From Selaginella moellendorffii (taxonomy: Eukaryota; Plantae; Lycopodiophyta), in NCBI RefSeq assembly GCF_000143415.4, contig NW_003314264.1:2675710-2739709 (forward strand): a stretch of 64,000 bases of DNA, in the 5' to 3' direction. Positions 33,460 through 44,914 of this stretch are shown here, piece after piece. A program made the translations under genes and the position numbers. Numbering within the stretch: position 1 is the first letter of the stretch; the number at the start of each line of letters is the position of its first letter. The notes beneath the pieces were generated by a model. The model was given only the letters and a program-made list of their open reading frames with translations. It had not been told where the DNA came from and made no database searches.

Positions 33460-35796
33460 ATGGGATGCTTCCAGGTCCACCAGAGCGATGGCGAGAGGCG
33501 CAAGCGGAAGCGCCGGCGGATCCTCTGGTGGTCGTTTAGCTTCGTGTTTTCGAGGAATTCTGGCAGGTCGTCTTCGTCTGGCGGCTCCAGCGACTCCTCC
33601 GGGGAGCTCAACTGCCAAAGGCTCCAGGAACTAAGGCAGTTCACGCTGGCGGAGCTCAAGAGCGCCACCAGGAATTTCTCCGCTGCCGAGAAGCTGGGAG
33701 AAGGCGGGTTTGGATGTGTGTTTAGGGGCCATATCAAGTCCAAGAAGACGGACGAGAGGATCGACGTTGCTGTGAAGCAGCTCAACGTAAAGGGTCAACA
33801 GGTATGTCGTAGTTCCCTCTTTGTTTTGTTTGTGTTTCAGAAGATCTCTCTAAGTTTGCAAGAGGTTTTCGTTTTCACAGGGCCAGAAGGAATGGCTCAA
33901 CGAAGTCACGTACTTGAGAATGGTTGATCATCCAAACTTGGTGAAGCTCCTTGGATATTGTCTCGAGCACGATGATAGAGGACCGCAGTGTCTTCTCGTG
34001 TACGAGCTCATGCCGAACAAGAGCCTGGATGACCATATATTCCAGAGCCGAAGACCCGTGATTCCATGGGGCCAGAGGCTACAAATTGCTCTAGGGACAG
34101 CGAGAGGCTTGGCCTACTTGCATGAAGAGATGAAACCGCCTGTAAGCTATGCTCCGAGTTTCATTGCATCCCCTCTTATTCGTGGCCGTTTCAGATTATT
34201 TACAGGGATCTAAAGTCCGCCAACATTCTTTTGGACAACGAGTTTAGACCGAAGCTTTCGGATTTCGGATTAGCTCGAGATGGGCCTGCAATGGGAAATA
34301 CGCACGTTACGACCGCGGTATGCTGAAACGGTTCAAAGTTTTTCCAATTTAAAGCCCGTTTTTCGCAGGTGGTGGGGACTGCGGGCTATGCTGCTCCGGA
34401 GTATGTTCAGACCGGGCATATCAATGCCAAGAGTGATGTTTGGACTTTTGGGATGGTCCTTCTTGAGCTCTTGACAGGGCGAAGAGCCCTTGACATGAAC
34501 AGACCCCGCAGCGAGAGAAGCCTGGCCGACTGGGTGAAACCATACTCCAGCGACAGCAAAAAGTTTCGAAAGATAATTGATCCTCGTCTCAAGACCAACT
34601 TTTCCTCGAGCGAAGCGAGGACTTTGCTGTGGGTCGCTCAGAAGTGCATCGCGAAAAATCCCAAGTTAAGGCCGAAAATGAGTGAGGTCGTCAAACAACT
34701 TGAGGGAATATTGGTAGTAACAGCGCCAGTCGAGAAGCCGGCTGAGGTTCCCGAAGGAGCGAAGAGCAGAAACCAGTCTATCGCATCAATGGCAGACATC
34801 ATTGAGACGGATGCAAGTCGAACGGACCTTTCAGGGGAGTATAATTTGGCCGAGGTGGCAAGAATCTCTTCGGTTGGCACTAGCAAATCTATGGAAAGTG
34901 GTAGCGGATCAGGAGCACTTGATGGCTCGTCCAAAGAGGTTAGTGGAGTTCAGGAAGGCACAGAAATTTGTTCCAAGGAGAAAACGCAGAACGAAAATGC
35001 GGTATCTTTGGGTCGGGCTGATGGTGATTCGGCTACAGGATTTGATACTACTAACGCTGAAGTTCGCAGTCCGCCTAATCAGCCCGCAGTGGATCATGTT
35101 GCTGTCGTGGACGAGAGTGACACGAAAGAAAATCAGGAACCGGACAAAGAACGACGTGATCCAGAAACGGACATCTCAAGCGTTGAAGCTGCAAGCTCTG
35201 GAAAAGATGTAGCAGTGGATGACGTTAAAGTGGACGGCAGTGAGAAACACGAGGCTTTCAGATCGGTCGAAACGACGGTAGGCGAAGACGCTGATGTCGC
35301 CGTGGCGCCAAGATTGAAACTTGATAGCACCGAGGCTACCAGCGACGAGGATGTAACAGAATCCAACCAAGAAGATCGTCCGGTGGAGGAAACCGAGCAC
35401 CATGTTCCAGAACACAATACTACAGATGCTAGCAAAAGCCGCCAGGAAGCACCTGAAGATAACCATGCTCCAGAACACAATACTGCAGAAGCTGAGGATA
35501 GTAAAAGCTGCCATGAGGAAGCAACAGAAGATAACCATGCTCCAGAACACAATACTGCAGAAGCTGAGGATAGTAGAGGCCGCCATGAGGAAGCAACAGA
35601 AGATAACCATGCTCCAGAACACAATACTACAGAAGCTGAGGATAGTAAAAGCCGCCATGAGGAAGCAACTGAAGATCGGCATGCCGAGGTGGATAAAAGT
35701 GACGACGATCTAAGTTCAACTCGGATTGCCGAAAACAATCCGATAGACGAGGCTTTAGGCGAGGTGCCCTCGCTACAGGTACGGCGTATATATTGA
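33460..35796 (+). CDS. Receptor-like cytoplasmic kinase (RLCK-VII/PBL-like) with long acidic C-terminal extension; 4 exons
   Basis: MGCF acylation motif, [50 protein letters not shown]. Confidence 0.92.
35455..35676 (+). repeat. 72-bp coding tandem repeat (3 copies, [24 protein letters not shown])
   Basis: Units start at 35455, 35527 and 35599, with a degenerate unit upstream. Confidence 0.92.
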
Positions 35797-35811
35797 GCTG
35801 TCGAAAGCTTT

Positions 35812-37319
35812 TTACAAGCTGTCATTGGCAGGAGTCCCAACAGCGACAGAGCTGAGTTCTTCCAGCATCGCCAGTAAATTTCTATCAGCGTCCTCGACGG
35901 CCTTGGCAGTGGCAGCCTTCAGCTGCTCCACTTTCGTCCTTATCTCCTCTGCTCGACGTGACTTCCCGTCCATGACGAGCTTAATCACTCGTGCAATCTC
36001 CTCCCGGGGTACCGAGTCAGTGTTCTTCACCGGAAGCTCGGCACCAATCTTCCACTCGTCAACCATGAGCCTGCAGTTGGTGTTCTGCTCCCCGGCCCAA
36101 GGCCACCCCAGCATCGGGACTCCGCCCGAGATGCTCTCCAGCATCGAGTTCCAGCCGCAGTGAGTCAGGAATCCGCCGGTGGAAGGGTGCTTGAGAACTT
36201 GAAGCTGCGGTGCCCAGGATATCACTCGTCCGCGATCGCCAACACTCCGGCAAAAGGCGGTGAAAGACTCGTCGTCCAGGCCGCCTATGACGAGCTGGGG
36301 CCTCACCACCCAGAGGAAAGGAACGTCGCGGCAACTGTCGAGAGCTCCCGCGAGCTCCCAGAACTGCGCCTGGGTGAGAACCGCGATGCTGCCGAAGGAG
36401 ATGTAGAGGACCGAGCTCTTGGGCTTGGTGCTCAGCCAAGAGAGGCAGTCGGCGTCCTCGGCCCGGAGCGCGGTATCGGTGTTACTCTCACTAGTTCTGG
36501 TTTTAGCGTCTCCGGAGGAAGAGAGAGGACCGACTGGCAAAAACTTCTCACCGAGTTGTGCTCTCATGAAATCGAAGGGTTGCCTTTCCAGCGGGTAGAA
36601 CGAGTTTACGAGCACCCAGGCCGCTTTACGTATGCTCGGGCTCCTCGTTTGCGCGCGTTCGATCCAGAGCTCGTCTGTGTGCTTCTGAAGATACGCTGGA
36701 AGGTCGCTCTTGAGAATCGGAGGGAGGCCGCCAATGTAATCGATCAAGCAGTCCGACTGATCTAGAGCGCGGAAAAAGAAAAGAGAGAGCTTTCTCAAGA
36801 GAGCAAGCGAGCTTGCATACCTTGTGCAAAAACGTGCTTTCTCGCGGAAAGCTCCGGGATATGGAACTCGATGCTGGCCCAGGAAGCGTTGCCCGACAAA
36901 AACGCGACGCGGGGGACGCCGAGCTCGTCCGCGACGTGCTGCGTCGCCGGGAGGAAGTAGTCGGAGAGAATGCAGCGCACGGGGGTGGCTTGGATGGCCG
37001 CCAGCGACTTGAGAAGGCGGGGGAGGAGCTTCTCGAGGGTGTCCGCGAAGAGGCCGTTGTTGGCCGCGCAGTAGGCGTCGTAGCCGCTGGGGATGTTCCA
37101 GGGGAAGGGGACGGAGGCGAGGCGGATGTGGAGGCCGTGGTCGGGGGCGGACCAGCGCAGCGCCATCTGCTCGTGGATGCTGTCGACGTTGACGAAGGTG
37201 ATGGCAACTTGGCGGGGGCGGCAAGCGGCGATCCTCTTGCAGAGGTGCATCAGCGCGGAGATGTGGCTCTGCGCTGGGAATGGCACCGCCAGGATGTGGA
37301 GGAGCTGCTCGCCTTCCAT
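35812..37319 (-). CDS. Family-1 UDP-glycosyltransferase (2 exons; intron 36762-36820)
   Basis: HILAVPFPAQSHI N-terminus; PSPG box WAPQLQVLKHPSTGGFLTHCGWNSMLESISGGVPMLGWPWAGEQ. Confidence 0.95.
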
Positions 37320-37741
37320 TGAGATCGCCGCGGCGAGAGAGAGAGAGTTCTAGAACACGAGAGAGCAAACGAACGTTTTGGACTCCACACTCCACGCAAA
37401 GTATTTTCTTCTTTTGATGAATGTGGTGATAGGCACGGAAAGGAAAAAATGACGCGAGAGTTTGTCGTCTTTGTCTCGAAATCGAGGACACATATAGATC
37501 TCTTACCGACACGGATTTGCTGTGAACAGAAAGAGATCAAATCAGGTTAGCGCAATGGAGGAATCACCCTTAAACCTCAGGAGCCCTAAACCCGCGACTG
37601 CCAAGTGGCGGAATCCAGGCGCTCGTATTATTAGGGCTTTGGCTTTTTCGTTCTTTTCTCCTACGTGAGTGAGGGGTCAATTTGGAGCGGAATCTTGCGA
37701 TCGATCGCGCGCGCTAGGGTTTTCTGGGCACGGATTTCGCG

Positions 37742-40145
37742 ATGAATGGGCCAGCTGCCGATGGATTGAGCGAGCGGGGGAGGCGGACCATCCCGGCGCC
37801 GACGAATCCCATGGTTACTCCTCTCTTGACTGATATGTATCAGCTGACAATGGCCTATGCCTATTGGAAAGCGGGCAAGCACCTCGATGTGGCAGTGTAA
37901 GTGTTCTCCTCCAAATTTTCCTCTTTCCCTTTGGAGTAACATGACATAATAGGCCAGGTTTGATTTGTTCCACCGCAAGACTCCCTTTGGCGGTGAATTC
38001 ACCGTGTTTGCGGGCCTCGACGAGTGCATTCGATTCGTCTCGTCGTTTAAGTTCCAGGACTACCACATTGATTATCTTCGCAGCGTCATGCCTTCCAACG
38101 CTGAGGTATGCCTTGTTCTTTATGGAAACAAATAGCACAAACCAGAAATTCAGGAGGAGTTTTTCGAGTGTTTGAAGAAGCTGGACTGCTCCGACGTAGT
38201 AATTCACGCGATACCCGAAGGCTCGGTCGTGTTTCCTCGAGTCCCGCTTATGAGAATCGAAGGTCCGTTGTGGGTAAGTCAATGTCGCCAGCTTTTTCTC
38301 TTTCTTCTCTGAGAAATAAGAGAGGTTTTTCCATGACCAGGTGGCTCAAATGCTAGAGACAACATTTCTCACTCTCGTGAACTATGCTTCGTTAGTGGCG
38401 ACCAATGCTGCAAGGCATAGATTAGTGTCTGGAAGCTCAAAGATGCTCCTTGAATTTGGTCTGCGGCGTGCTCAAGTAAGGAAAGCCGTCAGTTTCATAT
38501 GAACAAGTGGCTCAAAAACTCGCAGGGGCCGGACGGAGGCATAAGCGCTTCAAAATACTGTTATCTGGGTGGTTTTGATGCGACAAGGTTCACTCTTTTT
38601 GGTTTTCCTTTTGTAACTCTTACAAGTGGACGGTGTCTTGCAGCAATCTCGAGGCTGGGCGACTTTTTAACATACCAGTTCGTGGAACTCATTCGCATGC
38701 TTTCGTGAGCTCTTATATGGTCAGTGAGTTTTACTGTTGTGTAGAAACCCCTTCACTGATTTGTTTTGTGCAGAGTTTGGACGAGATTGTAGGCAGGAGC
38801 CTCGTCTTTGCAGATAAAAAGAAAGTATGCGAGGATTTTGTTGGCATGGTACAACACTCGCTCAGCAAACTACAGGTACATGTATTGGCTTTTGTGGTTG
38901 GTGGTGATGTGGTTGTCTGTAGGGGATTGAAGCTCTTAGAGCAGTTTTTTCGGAAACAAATCAGAGCGAGCTTGCAGCATTCTCATCATATGCACTGGCA
39001 TTTCCCACGGAGTTTTTGGCCCTCGTAGATACGTATGATGTAAGTGGAGCCTACCTTTGTTCTCGTTATCTTTACATCGCAAGTGTAGGTGATGAGAAGT
39101 GGTATTCCAAACTTCTGTGCGGTGGCAGTGGCTCTTCATAATCTTGGGTACTGTCTCTTGTTATCGTGTCTGTTCTTTTTCTTGATTCTCTTTTCTTTTC
39201 TTTTTCTTTTTGTAATTTTTAAAGCTATAAGCCGCGTGGTATCCGCTTAGATTCTGGTGACTTGTCGTACTTCTCTATCCAGGCAAGAAAGTTTTTTTGC
39301 ACTGTTGAGAACGAACTTGGTGTCCCAAGCTTCGGGAAGATGACAATTATTGCAAGCAATGACATAAACGAAGACACTTTGGACGCTTTAAATAAGCAGG
39401 TTTGCCACTTCCCTCGTCATTTTCTCTCCTTTGAACTGAAACTGTACGCAGGGACATGAAATCGATGCGTTTGGCATTGGAACTCATTTAGTAACATGTT
39501 ACATGCAACCAGCGTTGGGGTGTGTCTACAAGCTTGTTGAAGTGAATTCCCATCCTCGCATCAAGATCTCTGAAGACGTAAGCAAGGTAACAATACCATG
39601 CAAGAAGCAGTGCTACAGGATTTATGGCAAAGAAGGCTACGCTCTGGTGGACTTGATGACCGGCGAAAGCGAAGCGCCTCCCAAGGTATTATAGCTCTGT
39701 TTTTCTTACTGTTTGGTTTCTCACAGAGCTCTGTAGATGGGTGAGCGTATACTCTGCCGGCATCCCTTCAATGAGTCGAAGAGGGCTTATGTAAATCCAC
39801 AACGAGTAGAATCGTTGTATAAGTGCTATTGGGCCGGAAATTCAGGTAACTCGTTCGCAGTAGACTCGATATGTTTAAGTCCGTGTTTCCTTTCCAGGAC
39901 TAACACAGGAGCCATTACCATCGTTGGAAGAGTCAAGGCAGCGGTGCCAAAAGCAGCTGGCTGCAATGCGTCCTGACCACATGCGTGGTCTCAATCCCAC
40001 GCCTTATAAGGTACTTCTTTGCCTTCTATACTTGTAGCACTGCTAAACTCTATGATTTATTGTTTAGGTGAGTGTGAGTGGAAAGCTGTATGATTTTATT
40101 CATTTTCTTTGGTTGAATGAGGCCCCTGTGGGGGAGTTACTGTAG
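37742..40145 (+). CDS. NAPRT: Nicotinate phosphoribosyltransferase, multi-exon
   Basis: [74 protein letters not shown]-stop. Confidence 0.94.
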
Positions 40146-42187
40146 AGGAAAATATCATTATTCAGTCTAACTTGAAATAATTTGTAGTCCAATTACAATG
40201 TAGTGTAAGATTATGTATATTACATGAGCACCGGAGGCTTGATTGAGGCCACAATCCATCCTCTATTGTCTCACAACAATAGAGACAATTTCATATTGTC
40301 TCACTCTCACTTTTAACATCTTGGTTTGCTTAGAGAATATACTTAGATTATCTAAGTATACTCTAGCATATTCTTTAATCTAACGGTTGTGATCTTTTTG
40401 CTATTAACCATTGTTTATGTTTAAATTCTTTGTGTATATTTGAATCATGTTATAATCTAGCAAGTCAAGAGTGTTAGCATTAAACATGGAATAAAATGCA
40501 AAACCAATGGCACCATAATTAAATTTTTCTTTAGCAATGATATAGGAAGATATGTTAAACTTTCAAAAAATAACATTTGGTTCATATAAAAACATTTTAA
40601 CTTTTGTTTTGGTACTTTATATGTTACTTAATACTTTCCCTTACTTCATTGCAAACTTATAATTTATAAAGTAGTTAGTGTGTTTGAGATTATATTTTAT
40701 ATAGGCTTAAACTGTTTTTCATTCTTTAGAAGTGTGTATAAAGATTTTATTTTGCAAGTGAGAATCTAAAATAATGAAAAAAAAGCCTATTTCTGGAATT
40801 TTAAATCTAAATTTAAAAACTTGCTCAACCATATGATACAACTATAGATCGTAGTATGTGGTAACAGACTGAGCAATAAAAGATAAACTCAAATCTATAT
40901 CAATCAATATAGAAAGAATAAAAAAAAAACCTCATGTTATAAAAATAAACTTGAAAAGTAAATATTAGATGAACTAGTGTCAAATGAACCCCTTAATAGT
41001 ACTCCTAAACAAAAGATGGAATGGTCAATGATTTATTCAAACAAGGACCTTTCATTATTTGTGTGATTCTTCATTTCCTAGAAGAATCTTTGTGTCAATT
41101 GCAATAACAACAATAAGTCATTGTTAACGCAAAAACTACCACCTAGGAAACGAAGGATGCCAATCTAGAAATATCAAAAACACTGATATATGTGGCTAAC
41201 TTCATCACATGCCCAACACCAAATATTATAGCCACAACCATGTCCTCATCTTAGCCTTTAAACACAGGTAGTAGCAATTCTATTGAAATATGTCTATCTC
41301 CCACTAATAGTGGAGTTGAAGTACATGTAATAACAAGTGAAATAGGTGATGTTTCATAACATTGTAAGTTGAAGAATGTTTTCAAGGGTGGCAAAAAAAA
41401 GTGCATGCATTAGCCCCACAAAATCTTGATGATGTGTTTTCCATAACATTCTTAAATTGGTATAAATGAATTTATAGTATAATTTTTCTTTGTCAATTTA
41501 TTAGTTTACCTTGTTTATTTGAAACCTTTGCCTTGCCCTTAGTTAAATTCCCTTGCTAAGGTTTTCGCCTATTGTATCAGCTATTACTTCATCTTACTTA
41601 GATTTAATCTTGGATTCAATTACTCACTGCACAAAGTGTTAACCCTCTATTTACGGATTCTAAACTCTCTCTCAATCCCCTCCCCCCCAGTTAAACTAAA
41701 TTTAAAGTTTGGCTACACTTCTTGCAGTCATAAGTAGCTAAATATATCAAACTTTTAGGTTCTTAACATACCTTGATATAACAAAACTTGATTATAAAAC
41801 CTTTTAAATCCTAAGCCTTGGATGCATCTTATACTTCAAAACTCTAGGGGAAAACATTATAGCTTAATGGCTCGATATGGGTACTTCTACTTTCCCACCT
41901 TTATCCCAAAGGGAAAGCCTAAACTTTTAGGAATGAGCAAGGATTAATAAGTTATATGGTACTTAAATGAAACACCACTCCACTTAAGTTATAAGCATCA
42001 TAATTAATTTCCCTTCCAAAAGTAAAAGTTATTTTTTAACACTTCTTTGAGAGGCATTTTTGGCACCCCTAGAATCCATATTCACTCACACCCAAGAACA
42101 CTAAATCTTAGTCCTAACCTTAATTCAAATTGAAAGTATGATTAGAGTTCAAGACTAGGTCTTTAACCTCCCTATCATTATTACATT

Positions 42188-42305
42188 TTTGGAACCTTTT
42201 ATCGTCTTCCACATGTACCTCTTGAACTTTATATTATCTTCCACATGTACCTCTTGAACTTTGTACCTTTGGAACCTTTTGTGGTCTTCCACATGAACCT
42301 CTTGT
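42188..42305 (+). repeat. Short degenerate tandem repeat (TCTTCCACATGTACCTCTTG core x3)
   Basis: Directly visible. Confidence 0.75.
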
Positions 42306-43599
42306 CATGTAATTAATGCCACCATCAATTAAGTTTAATTGTTTAACAACAACTACATAGCATCGAGCAAATACACTAATTACTACTTCAAAGTCAAAGG
42401 ATGAGGAGGATGTTACTCCACCATGACAATGAATGAAAAAAAGAAAAAAATTGAAAAGACACAAGAAAATAGAGATCTACACAATATAAAAACTACATTC
42501 AAATTAAAACACAAGTTCAAGCAATTTTCAAGGACAATCAAAGCTGCCCCTTACATTCACCAATGTGAGTGCATGAAATATAAAAATGGAATATAAAATA
42601 TGTATATTCAATTTTATATTCCATTTTATATGCAAAACCATAATTTATATGCAAAAGTGAGTGGTCCAAATTGAAATCAATCCAATAGCTATTAAAATCC
42701 TACTACATTAATATTAATATACACACACTTGGACCTCATAGTGTTAATTATTGAGCTTTATAAACTATTTTAAAAAAAACTAATTTGTATTAATTTCTTA
42801 TTAGCTGTATATGCTCGCTACAATTTAAAATGTAAATTCAAAATTTATCTTCCCTCAGCTTCCTCTATAGTCATGCTAGTGTGCTCCCTTTGGAGGGCTC
42901 TATTAAGTGATAGTTATAAGAAGTGGTTTTGCTATTAAAATAGCCTCTTTAACAAAAGAAACTTTTAAATTTATCATATATCTTTATGAAAAGTTCATTT
43001 TTCTCACTTGAAATTGTGAACCAAACCAAGGCTATTGAAACAAATATTTGCTATTAAAAAGGATGGCATTAAAAAATCTAAAGAAGTATTCACATTTAAG
43101 TGTTTTTACTTCTTAGTGGTACCATAACTACTTTTATTAATATATGTTTGTTGTTGCTGCTAAGGCCTAGTTACAATACTTGGAAAGGGTGGCTGTTTAG
43201 AGGTGGGATTCTTTAATACTCCACTTACAGTGTGAGTGAGGCCTTTTAGTTTAAGGCCAATGTCTAGCTCAATAAGCATGTCATGTGGCTTAACACAACC
43301 CATCCTAAGATTTACTCAATGCTTGCATCCATCAACAGTTGGTACACCTCCTAACCAATGCCAGGGTCCATGTGCTTAATGTGCTAAGTGCCTAGTAAAC
43401 AGCTTCTCATTAGCATAGAATTTCTTGTGTGACACCTAAATCTATAGTTAAGCAAACCTTTAAATCAGAATAAAAAGGACAAAGGTTCGTTTGGTAAACT
43501 ATTTTTTAGATTTGATTTTAATTTTTATTTTAACAATATTTGATATTGTAAGATATTATACTTATAAAAGTTCATAATCTGTTTATACTAGTTTCAAAA

Positions 43600-44793
43600 A
43601 TGAAGTTTAATATTTACACGAGTGCATTTTTTCTTTTCTATTTTATTATTAGAATTGTTTCTCACAACATTTCTGGAACCCTAACATTTGGTGATTCATT
43701 ACTAGATGTTGGTATAAATAATTACTTAAATGCTACACCAACAAGCCATTGTAATAATCCTCCCTATGGTAGGATTTTTGATACTGGAAAGCCCAGTGGA
43801 AGATTTAGTGATGGAGAACTAATAAGTGACATAATTGGTAATCAAATCTAACTTTCTTTCTATTATTGATAGTCTATTTTTGTGAAGCAAAAATGTTGGG
43901 ATTGCCATTTCCATTACCTTATTTAGATCCAACAGCTAATGGGGACAATTTGAAATTTGGCATAAGTTTTGCATCAGGAGGATCTGGACTATTAAATTCT
44001 ACATCAGAGTTACAAAATGTTGCAAAAGTTAATCTTCAAATATCTTGGTTTAGAGAATATAAGGATAAGCTTAAAATAGTTTTGGGCACTGAACAAAAAG
44101 CAACCCAATTTCTTAATGATGCTCTTTATTTTATTGGAGAGGGATCAAATGATTATGCTTTCAAGTCATTAAATCTAGCAGAAAGTTTAACAAGCATAGA
44201 AGAGTTTAGAAATAAACTTATATCTAATTATAAAACTTATATAGAGGTAAGCATATAAATTTTACATTTAGATTCTAAAAGGTTCCTCTCAGGATATTTA
44301 TTCAATTGGTGGGCGAAAGTTTGTAATCTATGGTTTAACACCCATTGGTTGTTCTCCTGGATTGATTACTGTTCATAATCCTTTAACAAGGAATTGTGTT
44401 GATTTCTTAAACAATCAAGCACAAGAATTTAATGCATATTTAGTCCAGCTATTGAACAATATCACCAAGGAACTACCTGGATCCCAATTCATATACCTTG
44501 ATAAGTATGCTATTTTCATGGATATTATTCAAAATAAATTCAAATATGGTAAGATGTTACTTATTTAGATCTAAGTCTTTTATCTTTCTTCAGGATTTCA
44601 AGTAATAAACCGAGGTTGCTGTGGAACTGGACTTATAGAATTTGGCCAGCTTTGCAACCCACTTGTTGGTGCATGTGACGATGGTTCATTATATGTCTAT
44701 TTTGATGCAGCCCATGGAAGCCTTGCAACATATAATATAACTGCAACAAAACTTAGAGCTCAGCTTGAATCTGAATTTGGAGTTATGTTTTAA
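43600..44793 (+). CDS. GDSL esterase/lipase (4 exons)
   Basis: Signal peptide, FGDSLLDVG, PYG, GRFSDG, FASGGSG, GSND, CCGTG, FDAAH; introns include 43838-43887 and 44247-44292. Confidence 0.93.
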
Positions 44794-44914
44794 CTCAACG
44801 CTGTAAGTTTTTATTTTTAAGTATGCTGGTTGGATTCCTAGCATCTCCGTTTTTTTTTGTTTCTTTTTTCTTTTTTTATTGTGACTAAAATTGATGTATA
44901 CAGTCGACCCATAA

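Noticed and set aside
36795-37512. 566-aa UGT ORF start and overlapping antisense ORFs in GC-rich genes
   Set aside because: The N-terminal part is an off-frame read through the intron; the true start is 37319. Antisense ORFs reflect high GC3.
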